A DNA stretch of 62,759 nucleotides from Neisseriaceae bacterium (GCA_003962895.1 RXKI01000004.1:7616-70374), one strand, 5' to 3'. Shown: positions 31,277-41,314, counted from the first letter of the stretch. The notes: generated by a model not told the origin, from the sequence alone. Numbers and translations are program-made.

Positions 31277-32518
31277 ATGAAAAATTTAAAAGACATTAAA
31301 ATAGACATAGCACAAGGCAAGTCGCCATGCTATGTCTATTTTCTTTTTTTTTCAAATGGAATTCCTTTTTATGTAGGAAAAGGAATTAAAGATAGAATAT
31401 CGGACCATGAAGCAGAAGCTAGATATTTTAAAAATGGAAAAATATGGAAAGGAATAAACAAACTCAAGTTAAATACAATTAATGAAATAATAGAAAGTGG
31501 AGATCAAGTTTATTATGAAATTGATAGTTGGCACGAAACAAGTATGCAAGCTGGAGAAAAAGAAATAGAATTGATTCAATCTATAGGAAGATTAATTCTT
31601 GGCACTGGTCCTTTAACAAACATAAGAGATGGAGGAGATTTACTCACAGAGCAAGACAGAAAAATTGTCGGTGATAAAATTCGTCAATTTTATATCGATC
31701 ATCCTGAAGTAAGAAAAAGAATTTCAGACAAATTGAAAACTTTTTGTGAAGATCATCCTGAATTTATTGAATCTTTGCAAAAAGAAAAAAACAGATGGAT
31801 TGATGAGAATAATGAAGAATATTTGGAAGCTGAGAGAAAGAGAATTGCAATATGTAGAACTGAGTCTCATAGAAACAAGATTAGTGAGATAAACAAGAAA
31901 TATTTAGCAGAGAATCCAGATGAATTAGAGAGGTTGAAAAAGCAGGGAAGGGAGCATTGGATAAACAACCCAGAAGCTAGGGAGAACAATCGTCAGAAGA
32001 GTATTGATAATAAATCTCATGAGCATATTTTAAAATGGTTAGCAGACGATAGTGAGGAGACGATCCTTCAGAAGCAAGAGAAATATAAAAAGCATGCTGA
32101 GTGGTTAACTGAATGGCATCAAACAGAAGAGGGAAAAGAAAAGACAAAGCAAGCTGCCGAAAAAAGGAATGAAAAAGTTAGGACAGAAGAACATAGAAAA
32201 CATATGTCTGAAAAAACTAAAGAATTTGTAAAAAACAATAAAGAAGCTGATTTAAAAAGAAGAGAATTAGTTTCAATTACTAAAGAAAAGACAATGCAAA
32301 TTAAGCAACAATGTCTTAGAATTTTGGAATTACATTTAATTAAAAATGGTAAAATAAAAGATAATAAAAGGAATATAAGTCATAATGTTTTATATGAATG
32401 GCGGAAAAGTAATTTAATCCCTGAATTTTTTCCAAAATATGGCGGTTTGCCAGTTTGGGAGAAGTGTTTGGAGGATATTTTGAAATTTACAAAAGATGAA
32501 TTAGAAGTAGAATGCTAA
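31277..32518 (+). CDS. GIY-YIG endonuclease with helical repeat C-terminus (homing-endonuclease-like)
   Basis: CYVYFLF...PFYVGKG..DRISDHE...E.ELIQSIGR...GPLTN. Confidence 0.8.
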   Translation: MKNLKDIKIDIAQGKSPCYVYFLFFSNGIPFYVGKGIKDRISDHEAEARYFKNGKIWKGINKLKLNTINEIIESGDQVYYEIDSWHETSMQAGEKEIELIQSIGRLILGTGPLTNIRDGGDLLTEQDRKIVGDKIRQFYIDHPEVRKRISDKLKTFCEDHPEFIESLQKEKNRWIDENNEEYLEAERKRIAICRTESHRNKISEINKKYLAENPDELERLKKQGREHWINNPEARENNRQKSIDNKSHEHILKWLADDSEETILQKQEKYKKHAEWLTEWHQTEEGKEKTKQAAEKRNEKVRTEEHRKHMSEKTKEFVKNNKEADLKRRELVSITKEKTMQIKQQCLRILELHLIKNGKIKDNKRNISHNVLYEWRKSNLIPEFFPKYGGLPVWEKCLEDILKFTKDELEVEC

Positions 32519-33458
32519 AAGGAGAGTAAAGATGCCAGTGACATTTAATGACAAAGAGGTTGCAGCTTTATATACAATTGCCAAATTTGCTGCGTCTCGT
32601 TGTGGAGGCGGAGAAGATTTAATTGGTTTGATAATGTACACTGGTGCTTTTCACGCATTAAAAGACGAATGCCCAGATGGAGCGGTTATTGATTTGGTTA
32701 AAAAACTAGAACTAGGAAAAGACAAAAATAATGTTATGGAATAAACAAAATGCAACCATATAAAAAAGAAATCAGTTGGGTATTTTCTGTTAATGGAGAG
32801 AATTGGAGAATTACAGATATTCAATGTGATGACATTTTAGGGTTTTTAGTTACTATTGAAGAGACTAGAAACAATGGACAAGAAGATGTCCATATGTATG
32901 GAGTTTTGCTTTATCCTTCTTTTACTTGGCACGCAGAGAACATTAGTAAATATGAATCTGAATTCATGCGTGATGCAATTTTAAACTATATTAGAGAAAA
33001 TGATTTGCCTTCTGATTATCTGCAACCGAGGTGAAAAAGATGAGTTTTTCTTTAGAACAACAAAGAGAAATTTTAAAATTGATTTCTGAGAATTCAAGCC
33101 TAGAGGTTGAGACAGAAGACAGTTCAGATTATGGAAATAGATATAAATCAGTTACTGTTAAATTAACTATCCATGACCCTGAAACGGCAGAGTCTATTGG
33201 AATCCTGACTGATTATTTTTCAATCGATTTGGACTGAAACCTTTTCAAGGAAAAACTCATGTTCCCAGAAGATGTCATTAAAGAATATCCTGAAGAATTG
33301 AAAGAACTTGGATATCAAGAAGATGATTGTTATGTTACAAATGATGTACTTATGGGAATTATAGATTCATGTAAGGCATTAAGACGAGAAAAGGCATTGA
33401 CAAAAAGAATTGAAGATTTGGAAAAATTCGCTTCGGAAGTTAAAGAGAAGTTGGGTCT

Positions 33459-33602
33459 ATGAAAAGAATCATTCGCAAAAAACAACTTTCTCCAAAAGAA
33501 GCACAAAAATACAATGTTATTCGTGAAAACATTGCCAAAGAACTTCCCGAATTGATTGAACGTCATCAAAATAAAAAAGAACAAAAAAATGCAATACGCT
33601 AG
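33459..33602 (+). CDS. Small 47-aa protein not in the ORF track
   Basis: MKRIIRKKQLSPKEAQKYNVIRENIAKELPELIERH...; ATGA overlap with the upstream stop. Confidence 0.6.
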   Translation: MKRIIRKKQLSPKEAQKYNVIRENIAKELPELIERHQNKKEQKNAIR

Positions 33603-34455
33603 AGACAATTTGAAGACTTTGAAACAAATCAAATTATTAGCTCATTTGATGAAACACGCAGAGACTATTCAAAAACAATTGTTGTCTTCTAATTGTCCAG
33701 TCTCAGGACGTGTTCAAGAGTTTGAATATTTGAAACAAATGGTTAAAGAAATTGAAGGTTTGGATCATCAAGAAGAAGTTCAACAAATGGACCCTCATTT
33801 TTATGGCGTTTAATGAAAGTTTTTTAAAATGAATAGGCGTGAAAAAATAAATTCATGTGTTGACCGTGTTACCACTCATATGTTTTGTTGTTTTCTAAAT
33901 CCTAAAAATAGAGGTTCTAATTTTAACTTTGAAAAATTTGTTGTTGATGTTATTGAGTTGAGTGTTATGGGTTGTGAAAATTCTTTTGTTAAAAAAATGA
34001 GTTTAGATGATTTGGAATATTGTAAAGATTTGGCAAAAACAAAATGGGAATACTTGTTGAAAACTAGCGACGTAACATCTTGGATTTCAAGTCAAAAAGG
34101 GGTTTAAAAAATTAAAACAAATTGGATTGAATGTCTGAACACAAAAAATAATGAAAGAATTTGTATAAATCTAAATCATGTAAAAACCATTACTGAAGAA
34201 AATGATTTTGCTGTATTTAAAGTTGACAATGAATTTATTCATACTGATTACAAATACATCGATCTAAGGTTTTTGGTTCAAGAAGAATAAAAATGAATGA
34301 CATGTGGTATTCAATAGATTGCCCTAAATGCAAATTTGTCAATTGGGTCAATAACGGCAATTTAGAAGACCAGACTGTTTCTGACGTTGAAGGACTTACA
34401 TGCTGGCATTGCGATCATAAATGGTGGTTTTTAGAAGAAGAATATTCTAGGATAT

Positions 34456-35295
34456 TTGATTCTGAATATTTTGAAGCTGAAAAACAAAATGTTATTTATG
34501 TTCAAGGTAAAAAAGAGATGGGATCATGCGAGTGATAAACAAATTTATGATATTTGTTGCATTGAAGGATGCGGCGTAAAAGTTCGTAGTTCTCACTGCA
34601 AATGGTGCGAAACACACTACTATCGTAACAGAAGAAACGGTGATCCTGAAAAATTACAACTCTGTCAATATAAAGTTAATGAAAAAATTTTTGACGAATG
34701 GAATGATTCTACAGCTTGGTTACTTGGACTTCTTTGGACAGATGGCTGGATGGGCAAGGCTAATAGTGTTGGACTGCATCTTAAAGATGTGCAATTAATA
34801 GAAACAGCACGAAAGGAACTCGACACAGATGTTGAAATAAAGACTAGAATAAACAAAAAAACAAGAAAAGAATATAAGTCTTTTTCTATAGCAAATAAAT
34901 ATTTAGCAGACAGACTTCGACAAATAGGAATGCATTCAAATAAAACATTTACTGGTGAATATCCAAAAAATATACCAGATAAATTATTTGGGGCGTTCTT
35001 TCGTGGTATTATTGATGGCGATGGAACAGTTTGGCTGAAAAAAAGAAGAGTTTCACAACGAGTAAAAGATTGTCGTGTTTCATTTGTCTCTGCGTCTAAA
35101 GTGTTTGTTGAACAAATGCAGCAAGAATTGCAAAAGAGAAATATAAGATTCACGGTGTCCGTGAATAAGAAATATCTTAAAAACGGAAAACTTTGTTCTA
35201 CATGGAAGGGCAATGATTTGTGGAAATTTACAATACAACACTATTCCAGTCTTCGATTTTTATATGAGATAATGTGTGTTTTCGTAACTACCTAG
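34456..35295 (+). CDS. Free-standing LAGLIDADG endonuclease
   Basis: AWLLGLLWTDG and FFRGIIDGDG motifs; N-terminal Cys/His cluster; start uncertain. Confidence 0.8.
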   Translation: MILNILKLKNKMLFMFKVKKRWDHASDKQIYDICCIEGCGVKVRSSHCKWCETHYYRNRRNGDPEKLQLCQYKVNEKIFDEWNDSTAWLLGLLWTDGWMGKANSVGLHLKDVQLIETARKELDTDVEIKTRINKKTRKEYKSFSIANKYLADRLRQIGMHSNKTFTGEYPKNIPDKLFGAFFRGIIDGDGTVWLKKRRVSQRVKDCRVSFVSASKVFVEQMQQELQKRNIRFTVSVNKKYLKNGKLCSTWKGNDLWKFTIQHYSSLRFLYEIMCVFVTT

Positions 35296-36519
35296 ATTTC
35301 CGTAGATTTTTAGGAACGGTTATTCTAAAAATTATTCTCCAATTCAATATGGATTGCAATTAGGATGCGAAAGAGGGAAACAAGAATTAGAAGAGAATCG
35401 AGATATTTATGTATTTAAAAAAGACCCCGAAACTGGTTATTGTCAACATATTAAAACTTTTTCTCCAGAGCGTGATATCGTAAAAGATGGTAGCGTAACT
35501 TATTTTAAATCAAAAACTTCTCATGAGGAGTTGAGAAGACAAGCATTTTGTGAATATGGAAACAAAGATCATATCTTGGCTACAGATAGAGTTGTTTATT
35601 TGCAAGATTATGATTCCTCCTGTTATGAATATGAGGAATTTTATAAAATTTGGGATGGAGATTGGATGAAAGAATATTTTGAATTTAATGTTGATAAAAA
35701 TTTGTATAACGATTATGGGTATAGCAAAGAAGAAATGGAATCAATAAAAAAAGAATCTGATGCAGCAATTGTGAGATTCGCAATGAAGATGATAGCTTGT
35801 TGCTTGATTTTTCTTTCTTTAGTTATTTTAATGTTTAGGTGAAAACATGAATTTTATTATTGTCTATGGAATAGTTTTCCTGTGCCTTTTGTTTATTGTT
35901 CCTAGATTTCTTTATAATGATTGTTCGTTTAAAAAAACAAATAAGATAAAACTAGAAGACGCTTCAGTAGCTGCTGGGTTAGGATTTTTTATTTGCATCC
36001 TTTGGCCTTTTGTTGTTTGTGCTATTTTAATTGTATTTATTTCTAGTTTAATATTAGACATTATTATGTTTATGTTTATCCCAGAGCATAGACCTATTTT
36101 AAAGAATAAGTGGAATGAAATAATTAAAGGAAATTTCTTTGGAGATTAAGAATGTTAGATATTTCTAAAAAATATTGGATTAGATTTTTTGATTTGAACA
36201 TCAAATGTTCAATTGAATGTGCAAGTGTTTGTTGTAGAGATTTAAACTCTACTAAAATTTCAAATGAAGCAAAAGAATTTTTTAAAAATTCAGACAACCC
36301 CACAGCTTATTCTGATGATTTCAATTCTATTAAATATTTAGAAGAATTAGAAAAAGAAGGATATGTAGTTTTTTACGATGTTGATGAACCTATTGAAAAA
36401 TATTTCTAGAAAAATTTTGGAAAAAAGATTTTTTCTGAACCAATTTTTGAATTCAAGTGTCTATTATACTGTGTCGATTGATTTTAAAGTTTGCTTTGAA
36501 AAATCTTTTCAGAAAAGAC

Positions 36520-36547
36520 TTGACGAATCAAAACGAAGAAGTACAAT
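36520..36547 (+). promoter_or_regulatory. Sigma-70-type promoter for the tRNA array
   Basis: TTGACG-N16-TACAAT upstream of tRNA-fMet. Confidence 0.65.
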
Positions 36548-36580
36548 CAAAAAGTCGAGATGCAAATCTCAAAAAAACAA

Positions 36581-36654
36581 CGCCGAATGGAGCAGGTCGG
36601 TAGCTCGTGAGGCTCATAACCTCAAGGTCGTGGGTTCAAATCCCACTTCGGCAA
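36581..36654 (+). tRNA. tRNA-fMet (CAT)
   Basis: Cloverleaf, C1:A72 mismatch, loop CTCATAA. Confidence 0.9.
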
Positions 36655-36674
36655 CTAAACACGAAGGAATTATA

Positions 36675-36770
36675 ATGTTCACGCAGATTAAACAAAATGA
36701 GAAACGTTGGCATGTTGAGAAACCTCAACATACAATGAATCCCATTTGTGATAATGCGGAAACAAAATAG
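36675..36770 (+). CDS. Putative leader peptide (31 aa)
   Basis: AAGGA RBS, ATG 36675, TAG 36768-70 abutting alternative hairpins. Confidence 0.55.
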   Translation: MFTQIKQNEKRWHVEKPQHTMNPICDNAETK

Positions 36771-36826
36771 TTCCGAGTAAGATAAAATCTGACTCGGGAA
36801 ACTGAGTCGGAAGATGCACCCCATCC

Positions 36827-36856
36827 AACCCACTCAGTTTTGAGTGGGTTTTTTTG
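36827..36856 (+). terminator. Intrinsic terminator of the candidate attenuator
   Basis: aacccactca-gttt-tgagtgggtt plus T tract immediately before tRNA-Ile. Confidence 0.8.
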
Positions 36857-36861
36857 TTTTT

Positions 36862-36934
36862 AGCCCGATGTTGTAGTCTGGATGCAATCCACTCTGATAA
36901 GGTGGCAGCAAAGGTTCGAATCCTTTTCGGGCTA
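36862..36934 (+). tRNA. tRNA-Ile (GAT)
   Basis: agcccga/tcgggct acceptor stem, loop CTGATAA. Confidence 0.85.
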
Positions 36935-36944
36935 TTAAAAAAAT

Positions 36945-37018
36945 GTCTCTGTAACTCAATTCGGTAGAGTAACGAGCTTTTAACTCGTAAGTTCTGGGTT
37001 CGAATCCCAGCGGAGACA
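36945..37018 (+). tRNA. tRNA-Lys (TTT)
   Basis: Cloverleaf, loop CTTTTAA. Confidence 0.9.
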
Positions 37019-37087
37019 CTTCAGAAAAATTCGGTTTTTCTGGCTGGCAACAGCAAGTTATTTGACAATTTGATAAAGAAAAACACT

Positions 37088-37161
37088 CGGAAAGTGGGCT
37101 AAAGGTGAGCCGCTTGCTTTGGGAGCAAGACACCGAGCGGGTTCGATTCCCGCCTTTCCGA
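37088..37161 (+). tRNA. tRNA-Pro (TGG)
   Basis: cggaaag/ctttccg acceptor stem, loop TTTGGGA. Confidence 0.88.
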
Positions 37162-37166
37162 CTTAT

Positions 37167-37254
37167 TCTCGGGTAGCATACGTTGATTAAATGCAAACGG
37201 CTGTTAACCGTTCGTGACTAAACATCACCGCAGGTTTGATTCCTGTCCCGAGAG
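37167..37254 (+). tRNA. tRNA-Asn (GTT) with long variable arm
   Basis: tctcggg/cccgaga, G73, loop CTGTTAA, about 17-nt variable region. Confidence 0.8.
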
Positions 37255-37263
37255 CATTAAAAA

Positions 37264-37336
37264 GGCTGGTAAGCAATACTGGAGATGCGACGATCTGTTA
37301 AATCGTAAGAGGTGGGATCAAAACCCACACCAGCCT
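37264..37336 (+). tRNA. Atypical tRNA (GTT anticodon, Asn)
   Basis: ggctggt/accagcc, loop CTGTTAA, T-loop ATCAAAA, T73. Confidence 0.65.
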
Positions 37337-37351
37337 CTTGATTTAGATTAT

Positions 37352-37423
37352 GCGACATTGATGCTAGTGGTCACATGCTTGTTTACCAAACAAGATTCAT
37401 CAGTTCGATTCTGATATGTCGCT
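37352..37423 (+). tRNA. tRNA-Gly (ACC)
   Basis: gcgacat/atgtcgc, U73, loop TTACCAA. Confidence 0.8.
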
Positions 37424-37437
37424 TTTTTTGAAAATAA

Positions 37438-37509
37438 GGCCCGTTCATCTAGCGGCTAGGATGCATGATTTTCAGTCATGAAACGGGGGTTCGATTCCCC
37501 CACGGGTCA
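37438..37509 (+). tRNA. tRNA-Glu (TTC)
   Basis: Cloverleaf, loop TTTTCAG. Confidence 0.88.
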
Positions 37510-37525
37510 TTTGTTTTGTTTAAAT

Positions 37526-37595
37526 GGGACAGTAGTGTAACGGCAGCATTTTTCTCTTGCACAGAAAAGGATGGGTTCGAATCCCACTGTTTCCA
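37526..37595 (+). tRNA. tRNA-Ala (TGC), imperfect acceptor stem
   Basis: Loop CTTGCAC, T arm GGGTTCGAATCCC. Confidence 0.7.
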
Positions 37596-37603
37596 CTTTT
37601 TTT

Positions 37604-37675
37604 GGCTCGTTCGTCTAGTGGTCAGGATTTCCGCTTCTCAAGCGGTGAAGAATGGTTCGATTCCATTACGAGTCA
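37604..37675 (+). tRNA. tRNA-Glu (CTC)
   Basis: Cloverleaf, loop TTCTCAA. Confidence 0.85.
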
Positions 37676-37677
37676 CT

Positions 37678-37753
37678 GTGTCGTATCCAGATGTTGGTTT
37701 TCTGGGACTGCCTGTGAAGCAGTTTTTCATGAGTTCGATTCTCATACGACACC
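37678..37753 (+). tRNA. tRNA-His (GTG)
   Basis: gtgtcgt/acgacac, C73, loop CTGTGAA. Confidence 0.82.
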
Positions 37754-37873
37754 CTTGAAAAGTTAATTTAAGTTTCTATAATATTTTAAGAAAGTTTAAT
37801 CATGCAAAAGCTATGGTCTGTTGTAGATAAGTCCAGAGGAATTTATTTTAAGGTTAATTTGTGATATAAAGCT

Positions 37874-37944
37874 GCCAGCATGGTATAGTGGCATCATGCG
37901 AAGTTTGTACCTTCGAGACGTGGGTTCGATTCCTACTGTTGGCT
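37874..37944 (+). tRNA. tRNA-Thr (TGT)
   Basis: gccagca/tgttggc, loop TTTGTAC. Confidence 0.82.
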
Positions 37945-37998
37945 TTTAAAGTTCGAATAATATTATCGGCAAATTACTATATAAAACAAGGAGGTTTT

Positions 37999-38619
37999 AT
38001 GTGTAAAATGACGAGAAGTGAATGTGGAAGGCTTGGGGCTTTAAAAACAAATGCATTATGGGGAAAAAGATATCTTGAAAACCCAAAATTTTGTAAAAAT
38101 TGTTCTCAACAACTTCCTTATGGGAAAAGAAAAAATAAATTTTGTAATCATTCCTGTTCTGCTTCCTTTAACAACAAAGGAGTCAGAAGACATGGAAATC
38201 TTTGCGAAAAGCAAATTTGTACTAACTGTGATTGTGAAATAGTTGACAAAAGAAAAAGAAAATATTGTTCAAATAAATGTCAAAGAAAATACGATTGGGA
38301 TTATAAAAAGAAAAAATTTGAAGAAAATGGTTTTTGGGAAGGCGTTAATTGTAATATTGCAATAAGTCAAGTTTCCAAAAGATATCTTCTTGAAATTCGT
38401 GGTGTTCAATGTGAAATTTGCAAAATAAAAGAATGGTGCGGAAATCCAGTTCCTTTAGTTTTAGATCACATTGATGGCAATAGTGAAAACAATGATCTGA
38501 CTAATCTTAGATTAGTTTGTGGAAATTGTGACATGCAATTACCTACTTATAAATCTAAGAATAGGGGAAAAGGTAGGGCATATCGAAGAAAAAGATATGC
38601 TGAAGGTAAATCTTACTGA
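37999..38619 (+). CDS. HNH endonuclease with Zn-binding repeats
   Basis: LVLDHIDGNSENNDLTNLRLVCGNCD; GGAGG RBS before ATG 37999; inserted in the tRNA region. Confidence 0.88.
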   Translation: MCKMTRSECGRLGALKTNALWGKRYLENPKFCKNCSQQLPYGKRKNKFCNHSCSASFNNKGVRRHGNLCEKQICTNCDCEIVDKRKRKYCSNKCQRKYDWDYKKKKFEENGFWEGVNCNIAISQVSKRYLLEIRGVQCEICKIKEWCGNPVPLVLDHIDGNSENNDLTNLRLVCGNCDMQLPTYKSKNRGKGRAYRRKRYAEGKSY

Positions 38620-38663
38620 ACTTCAACAAAAGGATAAAAAAATGGTGTGTCTTTGGCTCTAAA

Positions 38664-39407
38664 TTGTGTGGTTTTCGTCCAACTGGTAGATTGCATGTTG
38701 GGCATTATTTTAGTGTAATAAAACCTGGGCAAGAAGGAGCAACTGTCTTAGTTGCAAATTATCATGCTCCTGAAGAAAAAGATTTTAAAGATTCTATAGA
38801 TTGTTTGGAAGCATTTGATGTAAAAAACATTGTTTATCAGAAAGACATTTTTGATCCAGACTTGTTTTTTAAATTATTGAATATATCAAATTTCAATGAT
38901 TTAAAAAAGATGACACAATTCAAATCTTCTGACAATAAAACTGCACAGTTAGTTACATATCCAGTTTTAATGACTCATGATATAATTGGATATAAAGAAG
39001 TTTTGGTAGGAGAAGATCAGACTCAACATGTTCAATATGCAAGAAAGTTAATTGAAGACTATAACGAAAAATTTGGAACAAATTATTCTATTCCAATTGC
39101 GAAAGTGATTTCTGGTAGGATAAAAGATTTGAGAGATTCTTCTAAGAAGATGTCGAAATCTTCTCCGCAGGGATGTTTGTTTTTAGATGATACTCCAGAC
39201 GAGATAGAATCTAAAATAAGGAAAGCAATCACAGATGAAGAGGGTTTGAAAAATTTGAGATTTTTGTTTGAAAAGTTTGTTTCGGAGGAAGTTCCAGAGA
39301 GCAATCAAAAACTTAAAGAATTATTGTCTGAACAGATGATAAAATTAAGTCAAAAAATTGCCTTGTACCGTTTGGCAAAAATGGGTCAAGAAATGGAATT
39401 GGATTGA
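38664..39407 (+). CDS. trpS: Tryptophanyl-tRNA synthetase, minimal form
   Basis: GFRPTGRLHVGH, YPVLMTHDI, VGEDQTQH, KMSKS, IRKAITD; only 247 aa. Confidence 0.88.
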   Translation: MCGFRPTGRLHVGHYFSVIKPGQEGATVLVANYHAPEEKDFKDSIDCLEAFDVKNIVYQKDIFDPDLFFKLLNISNFNDLKKMTQFKSSDNKTAQLVTYPVLMTHDIIGYKEVLVGEDQTQHVQYARKLIEDYNEKFGTNYSIPIAKVISGRIKDLRDSSKKMSKSSPQGCLFLDDTPDEIESKIRKAITDEEGLKNLRFLFEKFVSEEVPESNQKLKELLSEQMIKLSQKIALYRLAKMGQEMELD

Positions 39408-39413
39408 AGGTTT

Positions 39414-39484
39414 GTCCTGTGGGTGTGTTGGACGCATTTCTCTCTACGAAAGAGACGGGCGAGGTTCGAGTCCTCGATGGGACA
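39414..39484 (+). tRNA. tRNA-Arg (ACG)
   Basis: gtcctgt/atgggac, loop CTACGAA. Confidence 0.82.
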
Positions 39485-39720
39485 TTGGTTTTTTTAAAAG
39501 AAAAAGGAAGAAAAATGAAGTACAAAGTTTTAGAACGAGTTTTGAATGAAATTGTTAACGCTCCTGATTATGTTAAATTAGGTGAAGTTGAAGCAAATAG
39601 TGAAGCTGAGGCTTTGAAATTAGCTGAGATGACTTATCCAAACAGTCCTTCTTTGAAAGTTGAAAAGGCGGATTGAACCAAAATCTTGATTGAAGGCTCT
39701 CTATTTGAAAGGAGAAAACT

Positions 39721-40722
39721 ATGAACTTCGCAAAATTCCCTTCTATTGAGAGCTTTCATCAGGTTATCGCATTGATGAAGGCTTATCCTCATCTCAAAAA
39801 CAATGTCAAATACAGAAGCAAGATCAAATTGCATGGTACTAATGCTGCAATTAGAATTAATGCTGGTGAGGTTAAAACTCAAAGCAGAATTAAATTTGTT
39901 GAATTAGATGATAATCATTTTGGTTTTGTTCCTTGGGTCCATTCTATTTTGGATTATTGGAAAAGTATTAATGTTGGTGAGATTACTATTTTTGGTGAAT
40001 GGTGCGGTCCTGGAATTGCAAAAAAATGTGCCATTCAAAAAATTCCAAATAAAATTTTTGCAGTATTTGCAGTCATGTTGGGAGAAATTCCAGAGATTGA
40101 AGAAAATCAATTTCTTTATAATGAAATGATTTTTGAACCTGAAGAAATTGAAAAAATTCTTGGTCCAAACAAGCCAGCAGAAGTTCATGTTCTTCCTTGG
40201 TTTGATGAATTTGATGCAAATTATCTAGAATTTGAAGGTCTGGAGAGTATTGCTGAATTCTTGAACAAGAAAATAGAAGAAATTGAAAAATGCGATCCTT
40301 GGGTTAAATCTGTTTTCGGAGTGGAAGGCGTAGCAGAAGGGATTGTTTGTTATCCTGTTGAAATTGGTGGAAACAAAAATATCAACAGAAAACAATTTAG
40401 TGATTTAGTGTTCAAGGCAAAAGGTGCAGCACATAAAGTAAATAAAACAAAAGAAGCAGTGCAAATCGACCCAGAAGTTGCTAAAAGCATTGAAGAATTT
40501 GTTGGAAACTTTGTGACAGAACCACGTCTTGAACAAGCCGTTATGGAAATCGGCGGAATTGATTTAAAGAAAACTGGTGAATTTTTGAAATGGATTTTGA
40601 AGGATATTGAGAAAGAATCTAAGCTGGAATTAGAAGTCGCCGATCTTTCTTGGAAGGAAGTTTGTTTTGGTCTTCAAAAGAAAGCTAAGGATTGGTATAT
40701 GGCAAAATGTAAAGAAATTTGA
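39721..40722 (+). CDS. RNA ligase (Rnl2-like)
   Basis: KLHGTN, FGEWCG, FAVFAV, EGIV, FKAK nucleotidyltransferase motifs; VTEPRL C-domain. Confidence 0.85.
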   Translation: MNFAKFPSIESFHQVIALMKAYPHLKNNVKYRSKIKLHGTNAAIRINAGEVKTQSRIKFVELDDNHFGFVPWVHSILDYWKSINVGEITIFGEWCGPGIAKKCAIQKIPNKIFAVFAVMLGEIPEIEENQFLYNEMIFEPEEIEKILGPNKPAEVHVLPWFDEFDANYLEFEGLESIAEFLNKKIEEIEKCDPWVKSVFGVEGVAEGIVCYPVEIGGNKNINRKQFSDLVFKAKGAAHKVNKTKEAVQIDPEVAKSIEEFVGNFVTEPRLEQAVMEIGGIDLKKTGEFLKWILKDIEKESKLELEVADLSWKEVCFGLQKKAKDWYMAKCKEI

Positions 40723-40728
40723 TTTTAA

Positions 40729-40799
40729 TGCCTGTTGGTGTAGTGGTTGCATGCGGCTCTTTGAAAGCTGAGGATCAGGATCGAAACCTGGACGGGCAA
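40729..40799 (+). tRNA. tRNA-Gln (TTG)
   Basis: tgcctgt/acgggca, loop CTTTGAA. Confidence 0.8.
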
Positions 40800-41314
40800 T
40801 TTTTGAGAAAAAGAAAAGTAGTTTTCTTTTCACTTTTGTTTTTCTTACTTTATAAGAGCTTTCCTTTAAAGTATAAGACTTGGTTGTCTTGATTATTTCC
40901 AAAGAAAAAAGGAATTGAAATGTACGCTATTTGTAGTGTTGTCTGTGGGTATGAAATTAAAGGAAGAGCTAAAAGAAGCCTAGATCAGATTGATTTTATT
41001 TATGATGAAATCGGAATTCAGAAGTTATACTCAGGTAACGGCGAATGTCCAATCTTTTGTGGAGATATTATTTATGAATTTGATGAAACAGAAAGTATTA
41101 AAGCACAAGAATTAATTGCTCGCTTGACGCCAACTCAAGAACAAATTGAAAGTGCAAAACAAAAAATGAATTTTACAAGAGATTCTATTTCTAGACTTAA
41201 TGATATCATAGCAAAACATAATCTAAGAGCATCTTCTCAAGAACAAATTGATTCTTTACTTAAACTTCTTCCAGAAGAACCAGAAGTTATTTTAATTTGG
41301 AGTCATAGTTAAAA

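Noticed and set aside
36378-37998. ORFs in the track across the tRNA array
   Set aside because: They are read-throughs of tRNA genes; only the RBS-preceded 31-aa leader is retained
31277-38619. Group I introns hosting the GIY-YIG, LAGLIDADG and HNH genes
   Set aside because: No interrupted flanking gene or recognisable intron core; treated as free-standing endonucleases
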